This document shows positions 27,877-36,401 of a stretch of 60,050 bases of DNA, piece by piece. Under the pieces are notes generated by a model. That model searched no databases, was not told the DNA's origin, and saw nothing but the letters and a program-made list of their open reading frames with translations. The stretch's first letter is position 1, and the number at the start of each line of letters is the position of its first letter. This stretch comes from Candidatus Jorgensenbacteria bacterium (GTDB lineage: Bacteria; Patescibacteriota; Minisyncoccia; UBA6257; GWB1-50-10), in the NCBI GenBank assembly GCA_043807585.1, contig JAZDFV010000006.1:1-60050 (forward strand). The letters are read 5' to 3'. A program made the position numbers and the translations under genes.

Positions 27877-27946
27877 AAATTTACTTGCCCCGTAGTTATG
27901 CCGAAGGCATATACTAGCGGGGTTCTCCTAATTTTTTGTTGGCCGA
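27877..27946 (-). repeat. Cassette leader module (TCGGCCAACAAAAAATTAGGAGAATAAATTT) with a hairpin insertion and no gene behind it
   Basis: Same module at 28511-28564, 29722-29799 and 30402-30425. Confidence 0.85.
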
Positions 27947-27958
27947 GTTTGATTAACT

Positions 27959-28510
27959 TCATAACAGTTGATTAATTTTGCGGAAAATCTCAAGCATCTT
28001 ATCCCCAAGCAAAGTAGGTATAAATCGTTTTCTGTCTCTTTCAGAGATATTAAATAATCTTTCAAGCGACCATGCGTCAAATCTGATTGCCTTATCCTTC
28101 TCAATCTTCAGGTCTTCAATTCTGCCGTCATAACGATAAGCATAAACTGCTCTGATAACATTGTTAGTCATGCTAGTAACTTGATCAAAACCTTTACTTC
28201 TCATCATCTGAATAAAGGTAATGTTATCCTTTACTGCGCGTATTCCAGTCTCCTCTTCTAATTCCTGTAATGCGGCGCTTTCATAATCGGCTCCTATTTC
28301 TACGTGTCCTCCCACTGTCGCATCCAATAAGTCGGGGTAGGTATCTTTGTCTTTCCCGCGATGCTGAAAAATAATTTCACCCTTCGGCGTATAAAACCAA
28401 ACATGAATTTCACGGTGAAGGAGCCCCTTACGATGGATGTTCTCTCTTGTTTCCTCGCCGATTATATTACCGTTTTCGTCAACGACATTTAATTTCTCTA
28501 TATCGGGCAT
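27959..28510 (-). CDS. NUDIX hydrolase (IDI-like)
   Basis: HRKGLLHR; Nudix box GGHVEIGADYESAALQELEEETGI. Confidence 0.9.
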   Translation of the reverse strand: MPDIEKLNVVDENGNIIGEETRENIHRKGLLHREIHVWFYTPKGEIIFQHRGKDKDTYPDLLDATVGGHVEIGADYESAALQELEEETGIRAVKDNITFIQMMRSKGFDQVTSMTNNVIRAVYAYRYDGRIEDLKIEKDKAIRFDAWSLERLFNISERDRKRFIPTLLGDKMLEIFRKINQLL

Positions 28511-28741
28511 AAATTTATTCTCCTAATTTTTTGCTTGCCCCGAGCTTATCGAGGGGTTGGCCGATCCTTCTTATTCTACCATTCCCGCCAGAGGTGGGCA
28601 GGCACGCAAATTAGACCATAGAAATCGGTTGCGGGACATTCCGACATTCTGCAGAATGTGAGAATGTTATTAATAATGGCGGGGGTGGTGGGGTGCTTCG
28701 ATTAATCGAAGCACCCGGGGGGTGGTGGGAGGGTCGATCGT

Positions 28742-28957
28742 TTAAACTTCCAATATTTTATTTTTTGAAGAAAAACCCGAAAGAAGGACAACCCGTGACG
28801 CCGGAATTTTAAAATATTCAGCCAATGCTTTAACAATCGCCTCATTTGCCTTCCCTTTTTCCGGCGGTTCTTTTACCGACACGGTAAAATGCGTTTCATC
28901 GATCTTTTTCACTCCTTCTCCTTTTGCCCTTGGCCTTGCCTTAACAAAAATTTTCAT
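28742..28957 (-). CDS. DUF167/YggU family protein, copy 2
   Basis: Near-identical to 26705-26920. Confidence 0.9.
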   Translation of the reverse strand: MKIFVKARPRAKGEGVKKIDETHFTVSVKEPPEKGKANEAIVKALAEYFKIPASRVVLLSGFSSKNKILEV

Positions 28958-28974
28958 ATCCGGGGCGCGGCGGG

Positions 28975-29721
28975 TTATTTTTTAATTTTCGTCATCCGGC
29001 CCTCGAACCATTGATCGAGGAGCAAATCCACGTCTTGCCGTCTCCTCCATTGCGCCGCCATTCGCTTTACCATCGCTTCAATCTCCGCATAGGATCGCCC
29101 ACCGTACCGGAATAGCCGCCGGTAGGGAGCCCATTGCTCCATGGCCGTGTTGAACGCCTCGGAAACTTTCCATACATAATCGTTCGGTTTGCCGGGGATT
29201 TTAGAATGTTTGCGCAATCCGTACCGCTCCCCGATATAGTCAAAGAACATGAAGTGGAGGAGCTCGTGAGCGATGATCTTGTTCGCGTAGCACGGCAGTT
29301 TGTGTGCATACGGAAAAAAGAACGTTTTCTCCGACACGTCTCTCGGAAACATCCAAAACACCGAAGCGAATCCCTTATATCGCCCTTTCGGCCAGGGATG
29401 TTTCTTGAAAATGCGGTCAACGAGGCGGAAATACCGTTTCTCCACGCTGGCCCAGTGCGTTCGAGCTTGCGCCACTCCCCTTTTTATTTCTCGGGAGCGT
29501 TCCTTATGGATCCGCCGCGCGTATGCCTTTATCAGGCGATCCCGTTTCTTGGCCGAGATTCTTTCCATCACCACGGGGAGGATTTCGGTCGGGTAGAATT
29601 TTCTACGAAGAGTACGGGATCTCCCGAGCCGCCTGAACTTCAAAAAATTGACGCCAATTTCGGCGTCTCTCGCGGGACTTATCACTAGCTTCACTTTCGG
29701 ATAGACCGCCCCTTTGTTCAT
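28975..29721 (-). CDS. Hypothetical protein with HExxH motif
   Basis: IIAHELLHFMF..VSEAFN. Confidence 0.7.
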   Translation of the reverse strand: MNKGAVYPKVKLVISPARDAEIGVNFLKFRRLGRSRTLRRKFYPTEILPVVMERISAKKRDRLIKAYARRIHKERSREIKRGVAQARTHWASVEKRYFRLVDRIFKKHPWPKGRYKGFASVFWMFPRDVSEKTFFFPYAHKLPCYANKIIAHELLHFMFFDYIGERYGLRKHSKIPGKPNDYVWKVSEAFNTAMEQWAPYRRLFRYGGRSYAEIEAMVKRMAAQWRRRQDVDLLLDQWFEGRMTKIKK

Positions 29722-29756
29722 AAATTTACTTGTAGTGAGTTTATCGAACTATTCGC

Positions 29757-30401
29757 CTAATCTGTGGTGAGCCCTGTCGAACCATTTTTTGTTGGCCGAT
29801 TATTTATATCCTCGTCCTTCTTCCATTGGTTAAATGCTCTCTCAACCTCTTTTTTTTCACCTTCCGACATCTGTTGAAAAATTAAAGGTTCGCCCGAATC
29901 TCTTTTGGTCATTGTTTCAAAATAATCTACAAGAATCTTTCGCTTTCCTTCCTTTGTTTTTAAATCTAAGCCCTCATATTTCAATCCATCTATACGGCCA
30001 TGACTAATATCATTTCTTAAATCCTTAATTTTATGAAATAGTTTAACGTGGCTATTGGTACCAAACATATCTTCATAAATTTTTATTCTATCACCAAAAT
30101 AAACTGTTATCGGATCATAATCTGAATCATCGGGGTCAATTTTTGCTATATCTACACCATGTTTTTCTTTTATAATTTTAATCGCTTTTTCATTGGAAGG
30201 ACCATATTTCTTCGCCATTTTCCATGCCTCACAAAGCACTTGATCAAGGTCGTGCTCCGTCATAAAACTAAGCCAAAAAACGAAAGAAACCGCATCGGCT
30301 TGCTCTTTATCAAGATGAAGTGCAGCATCAGAAATTATTCTTGCAAGTTCTTCATTGCTCGCACTGTTGATTTTTTGTTTTAGCAATTCAAATGAGTCCA
30401 T
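29757..30401 (-). CDS. Putative HEPN-like protein
   Basis: FGDRIKIY..IKDLRNDISHG contains the Rx4H HEPN-type motif; helical. Confidence 0.55.
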   Translation of the reverse strand: MDSFELLKQKINSASNEELARIISDAALHLDKEQADAVSFVFWLSFMTEHDLDQVLCEAWKMAKKYGPSNEKAIKIIKEKHGVDIAKIDPDDSDYDPITVYFGDRIKIYEDMFGTNSHVKLFHKIKDLRNDISHGRIDGLKYEGLDLKTKEGKRKILVDYFETMTKRDSGEPLIFQQMSEGEKKEVERAFNQWKKDEDINNRPTKNGSTGLTTD

Positions 30402-30444
30402 ATTCTCCTAATTTTTTGTTGGCCAAGTAGGTGGTCACGTCTAT

Positions 30445-31179
30445 TTATTTTCTTAGTTTTTTAAATTGGTTTTTAGTATTGTGAAGCCTAATTGATACAA
30501 AAGAAGAAATCTTTGAGGCGGCATCGAAAAACAGTGTTGTTACACCCATTAGAAGAACAGCAAGAATATTAACCCACCAAGTCGGCTGTAAATTGAAAAT
30601 CGAAATCGCCAAAAAATAGGAGGCTAAAACGAACAGAAATAATGCTAACTCTCCTGAATAATCCATAGGTTTATAGAATCTCAATTTCCTATCTTCTTTT
30701 AACTGCTCGTTATCTTTTTTTATTTTTTGTGCGCCAGGCAACGCCGCAATGTTTGTAATAAAATCTTTGACAGCAACGGTGTAATCACTAATCCCCATCC
30801 CATTTCCAATTTCTACGAACCGTTCATCTATAAAACTTACCTTTCCATCTAAAATGGAATTGTAGTCGTCTTGCATTTTTTGTAACCCATTAGATTCTTT
30901 GTCTAGGGTTTCACGAACTACCAGGAGACAAAAAACGATAACTGCTATATTTAAAATCACTCCAATAACAAAGTAGCTATTCTGGGGAGTTTTAACTAGT
31001 GAGGATAAACCTAAAACGGCCCCCGATAAAATCGTTACGTGTTTAAAGAATTCCCATCTCTGTTCTGCAAGTTTTAGGCGGACTTCATTGAAACCCTTAT
31101 TTATCTCACCTCTTAAACTAGTAGTTTCGTCTCTTTCCTTAATTAAGAAATCTATAAATTTTTGCTGCTCCGTATCCAT
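30445..31179 (-). CDS. Membrane protein (2 TM, coiled coil, 2 TM)
   Basis: Hydrophobic pairs flanking a charged helical region; AT-rich. Confidence 0.75.
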   Translation of the reverse strand: MDTEQQKFIDFLIKERDETTSLRGEINKGFNEVRLKLAEQRWEFFKHVTILSGAVLGLSSLVKTPQNSYFVIGVILNIAVIVFCLLVVRETLDKESNGLQKMQDDYNSILDGKVSFIDERFVEIGNGMGISDYTVAVKDFITNIAALPGAQKIKKDNEQLKEDRKLRFYKPMDYSGELALFLFVLASYFLAISIFNLQPTWWVNILAVLLMGVTTLFFDAASKISSFVSIRLHNTKNQFKKLRK

Positions 31180-31227
31180 ATTTTTCAGTCGTTTGTTTTC
31201 ACCAACAGCTATTCACGGATTAATTTT

Positions 31228-31740
31228 TTACACTTCTTTCACAATCGGAAGGATAACCCCTAAATCGTACACATCCAACTTGCCGTCACGGTTCAAATCA
31301 CTTTTATCTAGCGTTCCTTGGCGTTCATGGATTTCGTAAACCGTCTTCAAATACTTACCAAGCACGATACGGGGAACTTTGTACTTGTTTTCCAAACCGA
31401 GCCACTCAAAAGGATCTCTACCGCCCTTTTTACTATTACACGTCCGGCATGCCCATACCTGGTTATCTATGGCATTCATTGCAAGCTTAACTTGCGGGAT
31501 TATATGGTCCCAGGCAAGGTCATTCCTTGAGCCGCAATAGGCGCAACATTTTTCTCCTTCGCACTGCAGTTTATTTTCCCGCAAAATATCCGACGGGTGC
31601 AATTGGCCCTTTTTCAACTTCTGGAAGGTATACATGATGAACGGATAGTTCTTTCTATCACCTACCGCACTCCCAGAAATGAGTTTAGCGTACTCCCAAT
31701 AGATCAGATCGCGGATAGTTTTTACGGCAGGAGGGGGCAT
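31228..31740 (-). CDS. HNH endonuclease
   Basis: CAYCG..DHIIP..NQVWACRTCNSKKG; C-terminal DLNRDGKLDVYD EF-hand-like loop. Confidence 0.88.
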   Translation of the reverse strand: MPPPAVKTIRDLIYWEYAKLISGSAVGDRKNYPFIMYTFQKLKKGQLHPSDILRENKLQCEGEKCCAYCGSRNDLAWDHIIPQVKLAMNAIDNQVWACRTCNSKKGGRDPFEWLGLENKYKVPRIVLGKYLKTVYEIHERQGTLDKSDLNRDGKLDVYDLGVILPIVKEV

Positions 31741-31748
31741 AGTTGAGT

Positions 31749-33317
31749 TTAGATAGACATGATGAATCTCCCTAGGTCTGTATCCTTGATCTCATCAAAA
31801 TTTGTCTCTTGCGCGATGCGCCAATTTTCTTCCTTTACCCACTGCACAGTAGAATCCAGTACGGCGTAAGGTGCTAACAGTGGACAACCCTCACCCTTTA
31901 TTTTCTTGACTGCTCGTTCAGGAAAATAATTTTCAATAGCTCTTAATTCCGAAGCATGAACTTTAATTTTTAATCTCTCACAAATACTGAGAAAGCTGAT
32001 CCGATTCCGCGGCAAAGAGGCAGTTTTGGAATTCTTTTCGCTATCTATCCAACAAAATATTTTTGGTGTTATTCTCTTTATCTCTGCTAATTCTTGTGCT
32101 CGTCTTCCATTAATCATCCCGTCGCCGCCTAGAGGAAGTATAACGAAGTCCTTATCCTTACCTTTCTTCCTTAAAAATTGCTGAAAAGTCTTCACTTCAG
32201 TTGGACCTTCAACAAGTAAGATTTTTTCGACGCCCAACTCTTGATACGCAGAAAAACCTAATTCTCCGAGCAATTCTGCGTAGTTCGGCGTCCATTCAAG
32301 TAATCTAACAACGCTGGAATTACCATCTTTTGTCACTGAATAAATGCGATCACCCATCGATCTAGCAAGTCCTAAAGAATGGGTAGCAAACAAAACACCT
32401 TCCTCACAGTAGGATGCGAGGCTCATAAGAAACTTCTGCTGTAGCGCCGAGTGAAGATTTTCCTCTGGTTCATCAATTAATATAAATGAAGGACTTGCTA
32501 AACCCACTGATGCGAGCACAAGAACAAAGTGTGTTATCCCCGAGCCTACCTCAGGCAATTTGTAGACCTGCCCATTAATCACTAACTTCAAAGTCTTCAG
32601 CTGCGGTGAAGCGTTGATTTCCAAACTACTATATCCGAACAATTTTCTAATATGCTCGGTAATATCTTGGATTTTTTGACTCTGCCAGGCATAAGGACCA
32701 ACTTTCCACTGGTGCCACGTATCGATAAATGCGCTTCCGACACTAATATCAAAATATTTACCCTCGGCACCAATATTTATAGCGTTTCGAAACGAAGGAA
32801 TGTAAATGCACTTTGCTAGCGCATTCAAGAGATTCAACAAATATGAGATATCAGCTTGCCCAGAAAATGTAGGACCAGAATAGTTCAAAACCTTACTACT
32901 AAAACTAACACTCGCGTTGCCTATAGGCACCTCTTGATCCTTTATAGAGATTTTAAAATCTCCGATGTTGGCATTAGAAGCATCTCGCTTGGAAATTGCG
33001 AAACTCAATTTTATTTCTCCTATTCTTAATTCAATTTGAATATTTCTTTTGGAAAATTTATAGAAAACTTCTTCTTTATCCACGATGCCTGTAAAGTCCA
33101 CACCGAAAGTTACTCCACCTAACAAACGATTAAGGTTATCTTGATTCAAGAGAAAATTCCAAATCGCACGGAATTCGTAGAAAAATTTAAGGACAAATGA
33201 CTTCCCGGAGTTGTTGGGGCCTATAAAGGCCGTGAAACCATCCCTAAGAACAAGCTCTAAGGGATGTTCATCACTGAAACAACGATAATTTTTGACCGTA
33301 AATTTTGCGTCAATCAT
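31749..33317 (-). CDS. OLD-like ABC ATPase-TOPRIM nuclease
   Basis: GPNNSGKS, GSG, LIDEPEENLH, ATHS, LLVEGPTE and WIDSE (TOPRIM), AIENYF. Confidence 0.85.
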   Translation of the reverse strand: MIDAKFTVKNYRCFSDEHPLELVLRDGFTAFIGPNNSGKSFVLKFFYEFRAIWNFLLNQDNLNRLLGGVTFGVDFTGIVDKEEVFYKFSKRNIQIELRIGEIKLSFAISKRDASNANIGDFKISIKDQEVPIGNASVSFSSKVLNYSGPTFSGQADISYLLNLLNALAKCIYIPSFRNAINIGAEGKYFDISVGSAFIDTWHQWKVGPYAWQSQKIQDITEHIRKLFGYSSLEINASPQLKTLKLVINGQVYKLPEVGSGITHFVLVLASVGLASPSFILIDEPEENLHSALQQKFLMSLASYCEEGVLFATHSLGLARSMGDRIYSVTKDGNSSVVRLLEWTPNYAELLGELGFSAYQELGVEKILLVEGPTEVKTFQQFLRKKGKDKDFVILPLGGDGMINGRRAQELAEIKRITPKIFCWIDSEKNSKTASLPRNRISFLSICERLKIKVHASELRAIENYFPERAVKKIKGEGCPLLAPYAVLDSTVQWVKEENWRIAQETNFDEIKDTDLGRFIMSI

Positions 33318-33459
33318 AAAACCTATTCCTTATATCTTCTAAAAAGTAATGAGCCGGGTATACACCCGGCTTGGAAGTCAAACGGCTTTCAGTCAGGGTT
33401 TTGTCCCCTTTTCACAATTACTATAGTACCAGTGGCACGAAAGACAACTGTGGATAACT

Positions 33460-33516
33460 TTCGGTTTTCTTTCGGGTCAATTTGGTATAATTATAGCACA
33501 CCGAAAGTAAACCGAA
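33460..33516. promoter_or_regulatory. Two opposed TTCGG-N6-TTCGG boxes flanking a TGgTATAAT -10 element (candidate LexA operator)
   Basis: ttcgg-ttttct-ttcgg at 33460-33475; ccgaa-agtaaa-ccgaa at 33501-33516; TATAAT at 33486-33491. Confidence 0.8.
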
Positions 33517-33519
33517 ACT

Positions 33520-34944
33520 ATGCTTACTGAAAAGAAAAAAGACGTACTGAATTTTGTGACAAGATACTCGCGAAAGCACGGCTACTCCCCTTCTATTCCG
33601 GAGATAGCTAAAGGTATTAAGCGAGCAGTTGGAACTGTTCATGAACACCTCCAAAAATTAGAGAATGAAGGGTATATCCGATTGAGCAAAAATCAACGGA
33701 GAGGGATAGAGATATTGGAAGCCATTGCTATGGTTCAGATTCCTATACGCGGTACCATTTCTGCGGGCCAACCGCTTACATTGTTTGAAGAACATACAGA
33801 AACAATTGCGGTGCCGGCAGCCAGAATTCCCCAGTCGGGCGATGTATACGCACTCCGCGTTCAGGGCGAAAGCATGATTGAAGAAAACATCAACGATGGA
33901 GATATTATTCTCGTGAAACAACAGGCAGTCGCGGAGAACGGGCAAAAAGTAGTCGCGCTTATAGACAATTACGACACAACTATCAAGAAATTTTATAACG
34001 AACGTGGCCAGATACGTTTACAACCGGCCAACAAAACGATGGCGCCTATTATTATCAAAAAGGGAGAGCGGGAATTTGTGATACAGGGTATTGCGCTAGA
34101 TGTCATCCGCGAGAGTACGGTCGCTCGTGAAAGAGTTTTGCCAAATAAACCATTAAAAGTGGCGAGTAGAAGAAATACCGCACCTTACTTCGAAGCAAAA
34201 AGCGTTTCGATTTACAGAGATGGCCTTTTGAAAATAACGTCTATTCCAAATAATTCTGTTGATTTGATCGTTACCTCTCCCCCCTACAACGTAGACATTC
34301 ACTACAATTCTCACAATGACAATTTAACCTATGGAGAATATTTGGAATTTACCCACCAGTGGATTAAAAAATGCTACGAGTTAGCGAAAGACGACGGTCG
34401 CTTCTGTTTGAATATACCACTCGACAAAAACAAAGGTGGACAGCAATCAGTTGGCGCTGATATTACGAAAATTGCAAAAGAAGTTGGCTGGAAATATCAC
34501 TCAACAATCATCTGGAACGAAGGGAATATATCGCGTCGCACAGCTTGGGGTTCTTTTATGTCGGCCTCTGCTCCGTATGTCATAGCGCCGGTTGAGTTGA
34601 TTTTAATTCTATACAAAAACAGCTGGAAAAAAATGAGTGGTAGCAGAGAAAATGATATTTCTAGAAAAGAATTTATGGATTGGACAAATGGCGTCTGGAC
34701 ATTTAATGGACAGAGTAAGAAAGGAGCCGGGGGGCACCCTGCGCCGTTTCCTATCGAGCTTCCCAAGCGATGCGTTAAGTTATTCAGCTTTGTTGGCAAC
34801 ACGGTGCTGGATCCATTTCTAGGCAGCGGATCAACGCTTATTGCTACCCAGCTTTTTAATAGAAATGGTGTGGGTGTTGAAATTGACAAAAAATACTGCG
34901 ATATCGCAATAGAGAGGCTAAAAAAAGAGACAAATTTGACCTAG
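33520..34944 (+). CDS. lexA: LexA repressor fused to an N4/N6 DNA methyltransferase
   Basis: LTEKK..GYSPSIPEIA wHTH; ISAG cleavage site; GESM and TIKK catalytic Ser/Lys; TSPPY, HPAPFP, LDPFLGSGST. Confidence 0.93.
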   Translation: MLTEKKKDVLNFVTRYSRKHGYSPSIPEIAKGIKRAVGTVHEHLQKLENEGYIRLSKNQRRGIEILEAIAMVQIPIRGTISAGQPLTLFEEHTETIAVPAARIPQSGDVYALRVQGESMIEENINDGDIILVKQQAVAENGQKVVALIDNYDTTIKKFYNERGQIRLQPANKTMAPIIIKKGEREFVIQGIALDVIRESTVARERVLPNKPLKVASRRNTAPYFEAKSVSIYRDGLLKITSIPNNSVDLIVTSPPYNVDIHYNSHNDNLTYGEYLEFTHQWIKKCYELAKDDGRFCLNIPLDKNKGGQQSVGADITKIAKEVGWKYHSTIIWNEGNISRRTAWGSFMSASAPYVIAPVELILILYKNSWKKMSGSRENDISRKEFMDWTNGVWTFNGQSKKGAGGHPAPFPIELPKRCVKLFSFVGNTVLDPFLGSGSTLIATQLFNRNGVGVEIDKKYCDIAIERLKKETNLT

Positions 34945-34969
34945 GACAAGCTGCCTTAGGTTGGCAGGT

Positions 34970-35557
34970 TTACTTCTTCCACTTAAATTCGGAATCAAGT
35001 CCGTATTTATCGAATAAGGCGAGGACTTCACTACAAAAACTTATTGTCGCTTTATCCCCTACTTTCTTCGCAGCTTGATACAACTGTATAAAGAATCGCT
35101 TCCCTAAAGCGGTCTGCCCATAGTTCTTTTTCAAGAAATTGTGTTGCGAACAAAGCGTTTGCCCATTTTCTAGCGTTGCCTTTCCACCAAGATCTTTGGC
35201 TCTTATATGATCAGCATGTATCTCCACCCCCTCTTTCGGACCACGCCCACAAACAACACATTTATAGCCATCCCGCTCGAATATAGCTTTTTTAATCTCC
35301 GGGCTAAAATCTTCGAGTGAACGTTTTTTGACTGAACCGGGTTCGTATCTATAAACGCCCTTCCTAACTTTTATGAGATAGCCGTCTTGGTGCAATTTAC
35401 GTATACCGCGATCAGGATCTCTAAACACAGCCCTAGTCCTTTTTCTCCACTCCTTTGTCACCCAATCCACAATCTCGGGGTGTTTAATATCGCGGTTCGG
35501 ATTCCGCTTGTAAAATTCCATTATCAGGTCGAGTTGGGATAGTTTTCTTCCTGCCAT
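34970..35557 (-). CDS. HNH endonuclease, putative restriction partner of the LexA-MTase
   Basis: RDGYKCVVCG..HADHI..GG..ENGQTLCSQHN; convergent on the MTase. Confidence 0.85.
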   Translation of the reverse strand: MAGRKLSQLDLIMEFYKRNPNRDIKHPEIVDWVTKEWRKRTRAVFRDPDRGIRKLHQDGYLIKVRKGVYRYEPGSVKKRSLEDFSPEIKKAIFERDGYKCVVCGRGPKEGVEIHADHIRAKDLGGKATLENGQTLCSQHNFLKKNYGQTALGKRFFIQLYQAAKKVGDKATISFCSEVLALFDKYGLDSEFKWKK

Positions 35558-35685
35558 TCTTATATAAATCCTACCCCTACCCCACCCTAAAGGCAAAACA
35601 GGCGTTAGGCATTAGGCGCTAGACGTTAGAAAAAGAAGCCCCTCGACGGTTCGATGAGCTCGTTATAAGACACTATCACAACACC

Positions 35686-36219
35686 CTAAATCTTCGGGAT
35701 AAACTTCTTGAAAATGTCTCCGAGTTTCTCCACCACCCCCACCTTCACGTCCTCCTCATCCTTCACCGGGTGCTTCGAGATTATCTCCCGCGGCGGCGTG
35801 AACAAATCCTTGAGCGAGCCAATGACGAAATCGAGATACTTCTTCCGCTCCTCGGCGCTCTTGCTGTCCATGTCCTCCTTCAACATCTTCCTCGCGGCCG
35901 CAAGCGAGCGCGCCACGAGCGCCTTGAAAGAATATTCCTCCAGATACTCCCGCGCCTTGGAATGCTGGGCGTGGAAGAAGATGGCCGAGTAAGCGAGCGG
36001 CAGGGCCACCCCGAACCCCAGCCAGGAAGCCGCGGCGAAGCTCGCGCCGGTCACGAGGCCGATGAATATGAGCACCGCCACCAGAAAGAGAACGACGATG
36101 TTCGCGACGAACCAGTGGAACCACCGGTCCCGGGAATCCTCCAGTTCCCGCTTCCGCTCGTCAAAGATGCGCCAGAGCGTCTCCGTTTCCGGAATATCTT
36201 TTTCCATATTTGAGGTCAT
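35686..36219 (-). CDS. Two-TM hypothetical protein
   Basis: Two TMs, then REYLEEYSFKALVARS; GC-rich coding-like bias; start uncertain. Confidence 0.7.
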   Translation of the reverse strand: MTSNMEKDIPETETLWRIFDERKRELEDSRDRWFHWFVANIVVLFLVAVLIFIGLVTGASFAAASWLGFGVALPLAYSAIFFHAQHSKAREYLEEYSFKALVARSLAAARKMLKEDMDSKSAEERKKYLDFVIGSLKDLFTPPREIISKHPVKDEEDVKVGVVEKLGDIFKKFIPKI

Positions 36220-36229
36220 TATAGCATTT

Positions 36230-36385
36230 ACTAGACGCTGATTTATATTGGACACGGATTTATACGGAATTGAACGGATTTATACGGATTATTTATTACT
36301 GATTTGCGCTGATTATGGGGACGCTGATTGACGCTGATGAAGAAGACGCGGATTTATGCGGATATTAACGGATTTATGCGGATTG
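36230..36385. repeat. Degenerate tandem (A/T)CGC(T/G)GATTT 9-10-mer array
   Basis: acgctgattt, acacggattt, atacggattt units; partner array at 37430-37686. Confidence 0.85.
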
Positions 36386-36401
36386 GAAGACCGACTTTCT
36401 T

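Noticed and set aside
23747-31179. Classical integron with attC sites
   Set aside because: No RYYYAAC..GTTRRRY cassette hairpins and no IntI tyrosine recombinase seen.
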